A DNA stretch of 64,000 nucleotides, from assembly GCA_964188305.1 (NCBI GenBank), contig OZ076886.1; one strand, 5' to 3'. Below, piece by piece: positions 24,796 through 36,400 of the stretch. This DNA comes from Podarcis bocagei (lineage: Eukaryota). How positions within the stretch are numbered: the stretch's first letter is position 1; each line of letters begins with the position of its first letter. A model generated the notes under the pieces. That model was not told the origin of the DNA. It did no database searches and worked only from the letters and a program-made list of their open reading frames with translations. The position numbers and the translations under genes are program-made.

Positions 24796-25423
24796 CAGTG
24801 GCATAGCATGGGATGCCAGTACCCGGGGCTACACGAAGGGGATGGGTGGCTGGGGAGGAGGGAAGTGGAAAGAGTATGCAAGCGCATTCACCCAGGAGAT
24901 TGGAGCCACAGAGATTAAAAAAGAAGAGTCATTCCGTTGTTGGGAGAGGTCACTTCCTAGTTTGCATGGAGAAACCATATTGAGGCAGCACTGGGTGTTG
25001 AAATTTTGTGTCCCTGACGCAGCTGGCGTTGTGGGTTAAACCACGGAGCCTAGGACTTGCTGATCAGAATGTCAGCGGTTTGAATCCCTGTGACGGGGTG
25101 AGATCCCATTGCTCGGTCCCTGCTCTTGCCAACCTAGCAGTTCAAAAGCACGTCAAAGTGCAAGTAGATAAATAGGTACCACTCCAGTGGGAAGGTAAAC
25201 GGTGTTTCCATGCGCTGCTCTGGTTCGCCAGAAGTGGCTTAGTCATGCTGGCCACATGACCCGGAAGCTGCACGCCGGCTCCCTCAGCCAATAAAGCGAG
25301 ATGAGCGCCGCACCCCCAGAGTCGACCACAACTGGACCTAATGGTCAGGAGTCCATTTACCTTTACCTTAACAATTTTGCACTCAGGGCAACTAACCGTG
25401 TGGCTCCCCCTACTACACCACTG
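24796..25423 (+). mobile_element. Older hAT element related to the CAGTGGCGTAGC family, hosting a Sauria SINE
   Basis: Ends CAGTGGCATAGCATGGG / CTACACCACTG. TSD CATGTAGT / CATGTAGC. Confidence 0.72.
25016..25369 (+). mobile_element. Sauria SINE nested in a hAT element
   Basis: Matches the other Sauria copies and has an ACCTTT tail. Confidence 0.9.
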
Positions 25424-25870
25424 CATGTAGCCCAGCCACAAAAAGGCTCAGTGCTTTACTTCATTTATTTGTTGCATTTTTATACCACCTTTTCCACTCA
25501 GGAGCTCAAGATCGTGTAGATGGTTCTCCACTCCCCATTGTGGCATGGGTGAGGTGGAGAAAAAGTGACCATCCTAGGGTCACCCAGTTAACTTCATGGC
25601 TGAGCGGGGAGCTGAACCCTGGTCTTCCAGATGCACACACGTTCACATGGAGATACAGTCACTAGAATATGAAGTTTGATAGATGCCATATTGTGCTTAG
25701 ATGTTCAGGCTTAGTGAATAATTTGAAGTATGAAAGGATACAGTGGATGGCTTAGGCAAGTCACGTTCTCCTTGAAGGGTCCCCAGTGGGTGATGTCTAA
25801 TGCAAGGCACCATCACAGAAATACATCTTATGAGCTGTGTACATAATGTGTGCCTTTATATGGCTGTATG

Positions 25871-26016
25871 CAGTGCTTTTTTTCTTTAAAAAATGTTTAG
25901 GGGTACTCTCATTTTCCTACTCATATTGAAATACTGCCCCTCAATGAGGCCAAACTTAGATTCACAAAATGTTTAGGGGTATGTGTACCCCTGTGTACCC
26001 CCAGAAAAAAGCACTG
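25871..26016. mobile_element. Short hAT MITE related to 11907-12049
   Basis: TIRs CAGTGCTTTTTT / AAAAAAGCACTG. TSD GCTGTATG / GCTGTATA. Confidence 0.82.
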
Positions 26017-28949
26017 GCTGTATATAATCATGGTTTGAGAATTCAGGAGGTTCAGATATTATATAGGCGGGTTTTGTGAGCATGTGAAAGTTTCAGTCAG
26101 TCTAACAGAAATTCATTCAGTGCTATAATGCTGCAAGCATGTTCCTGGGTTATGCTGAATGGCTCCATCGCTTGATGCACAGTAAGACCCAGAATAAGGG
26201 CCAAAGGCTACTCTAGGCCCCTGTTATTTTGTGTCTCCCAGCTTGGATGAGGACCGAAAGAAGCACATCTTCAATCCAAATGTGGAAAGAGAAAATATAA
26301 TTAATATGGATTTGGAGGGATGCCAGAGTAAGTTGCCAAGAGGCTTCTGTTGTTCGTAAGATGTAGGGAGTTGAATGGATACTGATCAGGGGCCAGTGAT
26401 GTGTGCTTTCTTCCCATGTGCTCCACGTATACATTTATAAACAAACAGCTATTACAAAAGGCACAAAAATATCCAGTACTGACCCTAGTCGGGCTGCTCT
26501 TGGAACAGGAATCAGGGTTAAAGCAATGCTTCAAAACAGGATTGCATAGATTACAATTAATCTCAGGTCAAAAAAAAAGCGAAGCTCACCTGGGTGGGGA
26601 CTTGAACTGAAGCAGTGGCAATGATTAGGCAATCAATCCAAACATTGGGAACTGTGCTGCAGCACAGTTTGAAGGAGAACAAAGTGAAGGGGGAAGCGGG
26701 AGCTGAGACCACTGGGAGGGGCTGCAAGACAGCTCACAGGAAGCAGGCTGAAGGTTGACTGCAGAAGGTTCAACACTGAAGGTTCTTCAGACATAGAAAA
26801 TTTCTATAAGCCAATCAGAATTCCAGGCTGGGGACCAGTGAGAGCCTGAGAAATGCCTGCAGGGGTGTTGAAGGGCAAGGAGAGACTGTTGCTTGCCAGC
26901 TCTCCTGAAATGACTGAGAGGCTGAACCATCTGTTCTTAGACCTTAAGGACCCAAATGCTGATCCCCTACATGACAAAAACCACCTGATAGCTAAGAAGA
27001 TAATTGTGTGCTTTACTACTGCTTTGCAACTTTAATTTAGCATCAGTGATGGTACTAAATGCACATCCCACAGAAACGACATGATCACAGCCTAGGAGAC
27101 TGAGAGTACTGTACATGCTGAAGTTTGCAAGTCTGGGAGAAATATCAGGTAGCGGGGAGGGTGGGAGGCTTAAAGGGTGGTGAAGGGGCAACTGAGAACA
27201 GGCTAAGGTGGACCAGAATGAGCTTCTTTGGCACAATGGGACTTGGAAGAGGCAGCTTGGTGACCAGAGCAGGGCGGGGGGGGGGGGCTTTCCAAGTGCC
27301 ATGAGCAGCATGTCAGAAATTAGAGAGGTCGATGGCAGAAGGGAGAGAGGAGACACATTTAACATTCAGCCACTAAAAGCTTGATGTTGACATGAAATCA
27401 CTGCAAAAAAAGTAGGCACATTACTCCATTTTAGACTCACCTTAACGTTTGTCTTCAGCTTAGGTTTGCAGTGAAAATCCCCCTGGGATATGTATGAATT
27501 CAACACAAGTTTTTGGGCTCATGGGGCTCACCACCAATCCCCTTCTGGGGTTTCTTCCTGACATAGCATACCAGAGGACTGAACTTCCATGGAATGGTAA
27601 ATAGGAACTTCATTGGTTTTTAAAACAAACCCAGAAAATGGCACTATGGAGATCATAAAGCAAATTCCTCTTGGTAGCTCAGTGATCAATAAACAAGTAA
27701 GCCCCACCTCCCTAAATCTTTTTTATTATTCTGGAGTTATCAGAGATGGCTGTATCTTTTCTTTTGGGGGGGGTGGAATTATTTGGTGGAGGCGAGGAAG
27801 AGACTGGTGCTGAAACAATCCCTAGGTGAGCAGAAATGATAGAATAATGGTGTCTGTTAAGAGCTTCATATCATCATCACTTCTCCAGGTGTGCAGATTT
27901 TAGCTACTACACCGGGCCCCATTCATCTTCATGCATCTGTCTAACAGCAGGCAGTCAAAGGATGGAACTGAGTTAAAGACAAGTGCAGTGTGGCCTTAAG
28001 TGGATTGGATATAACTGACCTTTGGGATTTCAAAATTACAGCCTGACCATGTCTTATAATACAGATGCTGGAGTCATCCGCTAAAACTAAGGTTTTCGTT
28101 CTGTTTTCGAAAAGCACATGCCGGTTCTACGGAACTGAATTGCCACAGGATATTGTGTTAATACAAATGACCGTCCTAACTGGATTAATTCTGACGCACC
28201 AAGTGAAACCTTCCTTTGCAGAAATTGCATATCTTGCACCATCACATGCCGGAGGTAAATGATACATCTTCCTAGCATGTGATACATCCATTCAGCTGAC
28301 CCCATAAGGAGAAAGAATGCTGAGCAAAACTGACTCACACATTGCCAAAAAAAAAAGCATATGTTGAATGTTCTCCTGTGTAGGAATTGGCATGAAACCC
28401 ACACGCATATCATTTCTTGAACATTGAAAAGGGGTGATGATAGCATGCACAGGAAACAGTAGCCAGTCTCAGTTTCTCACATCCACATGCAGCTTGGGAA
28501 GTGGATGATCATCAGATGTGACAGCCTGCACATGTTAAATCCCACTAGGAAGTACCATCTGTGTCAGAATTTTGTAACTGACTCTGAGAGGCAACGTTTC
28601 ATTTCGTTTTGTTTCACAGTCTTCTGTACCATTTCTTTGTTCTCATTTCCTTTGGATCTGATTAGTGGTGAATTCTGTGTGTGCATATTTCATCTAAACA
28701 GGACTGTGTTGCACAACTTGCTTGTTTGAGCTACCTGTCGTTATTTGGGGGCATTCTTTATCTGCCAGGCATCTTTTGCCCAATGTGGGGCTCGAACCCA
28801 CAAACCTGAGATTAAGAGTCTCATGATCTACCAGCTCATACCACACCCTGCAAGTGGATGATACAGACTAATGCTTCAGACATTTTGAGGAATATAGGCA
28901 ATTCAGTCATGGCAGACAATCGAGTCTGCAGAAAATGTTACGTGTGTGT

Positions 28950-29228
28950 CAGAGGCATAGTGGGCGGGAGAGGGCCATGGCTCCAGTAGCACATTTTTTT
29001 AGGTGACCCAACAGGTAAGGGGCCCTGGCAGCTGAGTCATGGCAGCAGGCAGATTGGTCTAGTTGGCAGGTGGGTGGAGGCAGCAGGCGAGGAGCCTGTT
29101 GAAGGTGAGCTCCATTCACCCTCCAAGCGTGCCCCCCTGGTGCGTGCCCCCAGCCCAGCTGCCCAGTCCACCAGGTGGGTGCAACACTTGCCCTGCCCCG
29201 GGTACTGGCTACCCACGCTACACCACTG
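28950..29228 (-). mobile_element. Older hAT element of the CAGTGGCGTAGC family
   Basis: Right end CTTGCCCTGCCCCGGGTACTGGCTACCCACGCTACACCACTG is the reverse of the family's left end. TSD GTGTGTGT / GTGTGTGG. Confidence 0.72.
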
Positions 29229-31168
29229 GTGTGTGGAAGTCCCATTGAAATGAATGGAACCGAAGTAACCTCTTGATTAAAAAAAAAAATCTGAATTGTA
29301 GCCTGTGTTAAATGTTTGTAGACCAAGTTGATGTACTTTGAGGAAAGCATGTTAAACATTGCTGAAGTGCTACACAAGCATTGCACACAATTTCTGCACC
29401 TGCTTCTGATTGAAGGATGCACCCAAAAATTACATAAGGTTTAATGTGGATTAGCTAGTTCAGTTCCCTGCTCTATGGCAGGATATCCTTTCCATAATGC
29501 CAGATAATTCCCACAAGTGTAGTCTGTCCTATCTGTGAGGGTTCCTAACCATCTTATACCTTCCTATACTTTAAAGTAATTGAGTCGATTCTGTCCTCAG
29601 TGGACAGAAAGAAAGTGGACTCTTACTCCTTGGTTTCCTTCAGACATTCTGTAAATATTTGAAAACCGTCGGCATATTCTAGCTAAACTGTCTTCTCTCT
29701 AGACATTCGTTCTAATCCCTTTATGTTTAGGAGTTTCCTTTGGATCTTTTCTAGTTTGCTGTCATATTTCCTGAACTATGACACTAGGAACATTTCACCA
29801 GGTAATATGTTCAGGTACTTGAGCTGGACTTCAAATAAATAAATAAATAAATAAACAGGTATGATTTGGCATTGTGGCTTTCACTTGTTCCTCTGTAGGA
29901 AATCCTCGCAAGCACAAGGTGCTAAATTTGGTACTTTAAAGGGGTTACCGGTAATTTGCATGCAGCCTCTCCAAAGGAATTTCTCCTTTGAAAGCCAGAC
30001 CCTTATTTGGGTTCAATAACAAACCTGTGAGATTGGCTCCTTCAGCACAGATGGTGATTTGCTTGAGTAAATTTGGTAAACTTCAAGGATCTGAACCTTA
30101 GCTTTCCTCATCCAGCCATAACACACTAACCACCACATCATCATGTTGTGTAATCCAAACAGTGTGTGTTCTTTATAACTAAATGTGGGAAACATAGGAT
30201 TATTTTCCTTGCAGGGGACTAATTCTTGTTCAGTCAACTAGGATACACATGCTCAGACTATCCTTTCATTCAGTTAAAAATCTAGGATAAAACAGAATAA
30301 CCAACTGTCCCAAACCAGCCCAGTTCCTACAGTTCCTTTTCTTAATTGCCATGTTCTCGTTCCTACCTGAGAAACTGTGTTGAGTGATTCTGCGGTGGCT
30401 GTTGTCTGCTGGAGTTGATGTTATGGAAGTCAGGGAGCTAAACCATAAGTGGAGACGAAACTACCAACAGGCAGAGCCAACTAATTCTCGTTTTGTTCCC
30501 ATCCTCTTCCTTGCTGAGATCTACCAGGGCAGCACTGAAATTAAGGAGGAGGAATCTGACAGACAGTGCCACTCTTGGACTGGCTGTAAGGTTTTGGGGG
30601 GTGACTCTTTGCCCAAATGGACCAGCCCCCACTGGTGTGATTCAGAAGCTTCCCACATTCCCAGTGGTACTTGCCCACCACAAGGTATCTTCTCTACCTT
30701 TTGGGATCTTATTAAATCTTAAGAGTTAGAGAGGACCTCAAAAGTCATCTAATCAAACCGCTGCTAATGCAGGAAACCCACCTGACAGGTAGCCATCCAT
30801 TGTTTTCTTTAATTTAGTAATAATAATAATAATTTAAAATGTTATATCCTGCCCAGATTGCTGAGTTTCCCCAGCCACTCTGGGTGGCTTACAACATATA
30901 TATATAAAAACACAACTAAACACCAAACATTTAAAAACAAAATATCCTATATGAGCAACAAACAAACCAATAAATCAATAGAAACCAATAATAACAACAA
31001 AAATTAACAATAATAAAGAGTTTACAGTTATACCCAAATTAAAATAACCACCAACCCCAACTAAACCTTTAACCAACATCAACCCGAGAAAAACAAAACA
31101 GAGGAACCATTTAAAACATTTAAAAACATTTTAGCCAGTTGCCCCAACCCAAGAGTGCATGCATGAGA

Positions 31169-31495
31169 ATCAGAAGGTTGGCGGTTCGAATCCCTGCAAC
31201 AGTGAGCTCCCATTGCTCTGTTCCAGCTCCTGCCAACCTTGCAGTTCAAAAGTACGCCAGTGCAAGTAGATGAATAGGTACAGCGGTGGTGGGAAGGTAA
31301 ATGGAGTTTCCGTGTGCTCTGGTTTCTGCCATGTTCCATTGCACCAGAAGCGGTTGTCATACTGGCCACATGAGCTGGAAAGCTGTTTGTGGACAAACAC
31401 CCGCTCCCGTGGCCTAAAAGTGAGATGAACGCTGCAACCTCATAGTCACCTTTGACTGCACTTAACCATCCAGGGGTCCTTTATCTTTCCCTACC
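31169..31495 (+). mobile_element. Diverged, 5'-truncated Sauria SINE
   Basis: GGTTCGAATCCC B-box and Sauria core with many substitutions. Confidence 0.82.
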
Positions 31496-32879
31496 TTGCA
31501 TGAGAAAGTAATGTGGGGGATTTCTAGATCTGAATAACCTGACTTCTAGCTTTGATGATGCTGCGTCCTGATGGCACATGCTTTGGCGATCCTCTGATAC
31601 ATAACTGATGCATATATCATTCCCCCACTATGATATGCACCATCGATGTTATTTCCTTATGCTTTGAGAACATTACAAGTAGCGACAGAACATATCAATG
31701 CTGGTTAATGCACAAATGAGATTGTGTACAGAGGAGCAGGGATTGGAACAGATGGCCTTTGGATCCCTTCTCAGTTTGATGAATCTGTGATCCAGGGAGC
31801 CTTTGTAGAGTCATAGACATCCTCTCCCCTGACTTTTTTTGGCATGAGCACAGCAACAAACCTTTTCATTAAAAGCTCAGCCTTACACTGTGGGAATTGG
31901 GAATTAGGGGCTAGGTTGTAGCTCTAACCGATAACCTATAGCTGAATAAACACGGTGGAACCAGGAGACCATGTGCCCCAGCTTCCTGTTGGCAGAGGTA
32001 CACACAAGTTATTTGAACTGCTGCGTCTAGCACAGACACCCTCCCTTCTTTTGCTATGTCATAATCACTTTGATAAATTTCAGTGTTCAGATCGAGTGAC
32101 CCACCTGCTTGCATCGGAGATCTCTTTTGGTCATTCACACTGGAGTCAATCCTAAAAAGCAGGTCCCGCACAAATCAATGTATATTTGAGGGAAACCGTA
32201 AGTTCATCCTTTTACATACGTAAATGTTATATAGTTCTGTAATCTTAATTATATTTTATGGCCATATTGTTATTTTTGTTTTCCTCTGCCTTTTAAAATG
32301 TTTTTTTTTTTATGTATTCTTTTTCTCTCTCTTTTTACTTTAACTCTCTGTAACATTCTTAATTAAATAATTAACATTCTTTTATATATATGGGGGGAGT
32401 TGAAAAGGGAAGTTTTGGCTCCTCCAGCATTTTGTCCATCTGAGAGGCAATAGGTGCTGTCCCTTGCTCCTCTCCTCCTTCGATATGACTTCAGCACCCC
32501 AAGCCTTTCCTGATATATGAAGCATTGTGTGTGGGGAGCGTGGCAAACCAGGTGGACAAATTGTGATGGAAGAGTGCGTTTTTTAAAAAACAAAACCAAA
32601 ACCACAGCAGACTTTATCAACAGCTTCCCCCATCAGCCCTCTTGAATTTGTGCCCAGCATATATACCTACGAATCCCCAGACACTGCCCCAGTGTACTTA
32701 GCACCAGGCAGAGATGGCAGGTCCTCCCGCCGCTGCACATGTGGGCGCCCCCACCCCCCAGCTCCTTCGGTAATAGCTGGCCTGCTTAGCAAGCGGAACT
32801 CACCGCCACCCCCCGGCACATGGTGGGGCTTGCCCGAGCCTCTCTCCATTCTGCCCAGTTTGGCCCGACATGGGCGAAG

Positions 32880-33006
32880 GCGGGGGGGGGAGATCCGGCC
32901 CACCTGCTCCCCCCCACCACCACCGTGCAGCTCGGCTTCCCCTGCCGCTGCGCCCATCGCCGGTGCCGTCGGGCCTGCTGCCCTAACTCCCAAGAACTTC
33001 TCCGAA
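32880..33006 (+). other. SCN8A: Candidate alternative non-coding first exon of SCN8A (5' boundary unknown)
   Basis: Consensus donor GAA|GTAAGT after 33006 inside the CpG island. Confidence 0.45.
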
Positions 33007-33024
33007 GTAAGTTTCTCTTCTCGC

Positions 33025-33091
33025 GGGGGGGGGGGGGAGGGAGAGAGAGAGAGAGAGAGATAAGAGACGGAAAGAGAGAGAGAGAGAGAGA
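33025..33091. repeat. G-run followed by (GA)n
   Basis: Directly visible. Confidence 0.9.
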
Positions 33092-33260
33092 CCCTTGCCA
33101 CCTTCCGGAGGTCTCCCAACTTTTCTTCCCGCCAACTTTGCTTGGGGGCTGCGGCCCGGCCCCTGGGTTAGGGACCCTGGGTTAGGGAGCGGGGCTGCGT
33201 GGGAGGCGGGCAGGCGGGGGCGCGGAGTTTTGCCACGCTCCCTAAGCGTTCTGCTGAGAG

Positions 33261-33331
33261 TCATCAATTATGCAAGGGAACGGCGCGCTGCACTGGGGGG
33301 AAGGCAGGGGAGGCAGCGCACCAAGATGGCG
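33261..33331 (+). promoter_or_regulatory. POU-type site (minus GCATAATTGATGA, 33261-33273) and YY1 site (CAAGATGGCG, 33322-33331)
   Basis: Both motifs are visible. A POU6F1 and YY1 pair is known at the conserved SCN8A exon 1c of other vertebrates. Confidence 0.7.
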
Positions 33332-33413
33332 ACAACCGCAGTTTCTCCTGCAGCCTCCCCACCTCTGCAGTCCAGCAACGCCTTGCAGGAGTCGCGCTAG
33401 CGCCGAAGCCACA
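33300..33413 (+). other. SCN8A: SCN8A 5' exon, likely the exon 1c ortholog (TSS approximate)
   Basis: Contains the YY1 element and ends at the consensus donor ACA|GTAAGT (GT at 33414-33415). Confidence 0.72.
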
Positions 33414-36400
33414 GTAAGTTGCACCGCCAGCCCGGGGGGGCACTCCAGCGTGATCGCAGGGACAGGGGGGTGGGCGGTGGGGGGACGGGGACCCGCGGGA
33501 ATCCCACCCCCCAACAGATCTTCCTCCCCTTGGTTGGGATTTGAATTTTTTTTTAAAAAAAAAGCAAAAATAAAAAACCTGAACCTGCCTCTTCTCTCCC
33601 TCCCTCCTTCATTCCCCCCACCCCACCCCACCGCCCTCCACTTCCAGGCAGGGGCTTTGCCGCAGAGCGATTTCCCCGGAGCAGGGGCCGGCGCTTCTCT
33701 TCCAACCCCGCCTAAACAGACGCACACACTTTCCCACCTCCCCACTCTTGGGGGAAGAAGTGTGGGGAAGGGGGCTCATGGGCCCGAGCCTTGATGGCCC
33801 CAAGTCCAACAGTGGGAGATCGTTCTCTCTCTCCCCCCACCCCCCAGCCTTTTCAAGCAGTTCCCCAGATCGCGGGGGTGGGGGAATGCTTCCTAGTGCT
33901 ATTCCTTGCCCATCACCCCCTCCCCGCGCCGTATAGCAGGCTTTCCCCCGTTTTCTTGCCCCCACCCCGGATTTCAGAGCGGTGCTGCTCTTGCTCCCCA
34001 CTTGGGAAGCCCTCCAAAGAACGGGCTCCTCCTGGGTACTTGGAGGCTGGGTGGAGGGTCTGCTGCGCCCCCCTCGCCCTGCGCTCTCCTCTGCAGGGCT
34101 GCTGGCCAACTCCTACCTTTCCCCAGCCGAGGGAAGCCGATCCTTGCCTCCCCCCGCCTCCCCCATAGCCCAGCAGCAACCTCTCGAGCGTCTTTTTTTT
34201 TTTTCCTGCATTGGGAGAAGGAGCGCGGCGCCGACTTTCCGCTGCTGCAGGCAAGGCAAGGCAGGCCAGCAACTGGGGCGAGAGGCAGAGAGAGAGGTGA
34301 AGGTGGTGGCGGCGGTGGCGGTGAGGGGGCTGGTGGAACTGGTGCATTTTCTCTCTCCCCCCTCCCCCGTTCCAATCTCCTTTCCTATCCTTTAGCAGGC
34401 CACCTTTTTCTTGGCAAGGCTCCCTCATCCTTGAATCCGGGCCCTCTAGTCTGTATTGGCCTTCGCACGGGGCTCATTTCAGCCCCAGACTGAAAAACAA
34501 ATAACCCCAAAGCCCTCCCTCCCTCCCAAATCCTCCGCAAAACTCCGGGTCTAGAGCCTCCTTCACCCCTCCCCCCCCCCATGCTCCCAGTCTCGATCTC
34601 TTCCCCCCGATCTTTTTTTTCTTCGTCGTCCCAGGGAGGGAGGAGAGGAACAGAGAACGAGGCTGCCTCCCATTAGGGGACTAACTTAGAGCTGTCATTA
34701 TACACCCCCACACTTCTCTCCCTCCCCTCCCCCCCCCAACGCATTCCCAGTGGACGAAGTGAAAGGACGGCAAGTTTTATCCTGAGTTTGGAGGAGGAGG
34801 AGCAGGGGGTTGTCTTATTTGGAAATCTCCTTGGCTGGAGCCGGGGTGAGGGAGATGCTCTCTCTTCCCCCACCCCTACCCCCGCCCCGCCGCCTCGCTG
34901 TGCCTCTTGTGTCCACTCAGCCGATGTGGGGAGGACATAGGGGGCGTGGAGGACTCGAGGAAGTTGGAAAGGCCGGTGGGGGAGAGAGAGGATCCACGTT
35001 GCTGGAGATCAAAGGTACATCGGTTTTGTTTTATTGTGTTGCAAAGGGCTGGGCGGGGGGGGGGGTGCTGAGAAGGAGCGCAGGCGGCGCAGCCCTTCTG
35101 GATGGGGGCAGAGACTGCAGGAGTCAGAGATCGCCCGCCTGCCTTCCCCATCTACATCTGCTCAGCGTGTTGCAAGAGCCCAGGGTGATGGGTACGGATA
35201 CATCTGACTTTCTTAGGTGGGATAGGGAGGTGTGGGGCGCGGGGGTTGGGGGTGGACGGCCTGGAGATGTGGCCGCTTCGCGCTCTCGTCTCTTCCGCGC
35301 CGACTCCTAGGGAAGCGCTGCTTGCCTTCTTGTCACACTGCAGCGTTCTCCGCCGCCGTGCGAACTCATGACCCTGGCGTCCTGCGCTCCATCGGAGACA
35401 CCTTACCGGCTGTGGGGATGGGAGGCGGAGAGGGAGGAGTTACAGCGGCTTCCCCAAAAGACTTTCCTTTTGAATGGGGTTGTGGGTGGGGGGGGGGAGG
35501 TGATTAGCTTTCGCTCTCTGCTGTCGCCGGCGTCTCCCCGTCATTGGAGGGGGGGAATGCTTGTCTACTGTGTTTTACAGGGAAAGGGTTAAATCGAGGA
35601 GCGGTGGAAGAAAAGGAATGTTATTTAGGGTGTTTTATTTTTGAGATCTTCTCCCGGCCCCCATAAATTGATCACCTCCTTCGGTATCCGCTTTTGCTTG
35701 AGGTTTTTATTCCTCTCCCCCCACCCCCACCCGCTCTGTCTTTCTGCGGCGTTGGACTAAAGGGGAGAGCGGTTTAGGAACGTGGTGCTGAAACGGACAG
35801 CTCCCTGGACTCCGACGGGAAGGCGAAGAGATCTTCGTTACAAAGCGCGCAGATTTTTTACAGGACAGGTTTTCTTGCGGGGGGGTTATAGTTCGTTTTT
35901 TTTTTGTTTTTGTCTTTAATGGACTGTGTGTTTTCTCTGTGTCGCTTGGGCCTATCCATTAGGACCTCACGACAATCATCTAGGCTTTTGCTGGTGGTGG
36001 CGATGAGGGAAGAGAAGCAATTCCTCTTAAGGAAGCCAGGCTTTATTTATTTATTTATTTATTTAGTAACGTGGTTGAGTGCAGTTGCTTTTGAAAAGCA
36101 TCCTCAAAGCGACCCCAGTGTCTTTATCAAATGAAAGAATTTCAAGGCTGTTTGATTCTGGCGTGGAGGTAGCAAAAGGAAACACCCGCATGTCCATAGG
36201 AATCTCCCCCCCCCCCCTTTGTAAAAGACGGTTGCATGATTACATCACAGAAGAAACATAATGAAGCCCAGTAAGCCCAGTAGAGATGAAAGGTGAGGAC
36301 TTGAAAAACGGTTTCAAAAGCCACGGGCCCATTGGGTGCCCTGCTGGAGCAAGTACTGTAACTCTCTCTCTCTCTCTGCCTCAAGACTCCATCTGCAAAA

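Larger units (their letters stand above)
32700..35900 (+). promoter_or_regulatory. SCN8A: CpG island and SCN8A promoter region
   Basis: Abrupt GC- and CpG-rich segment with no recognisable transposons, about 30 kb upstream of the SCN8A start codon. Mammalian SCN8A has clustered alternative non-coding first exons in such an island. Confidence 0.82.

Noticed and set aside
32453-32500. RE1 site upstream of the CpG island
   Set aside because: Only two isolated half-sites about 27 bp apart; weak.
32650-35592. Many 100-195 aa ORFs on both strands of the CpG island
   Set aside because: Low-complexity products expected from high GC; no domains.
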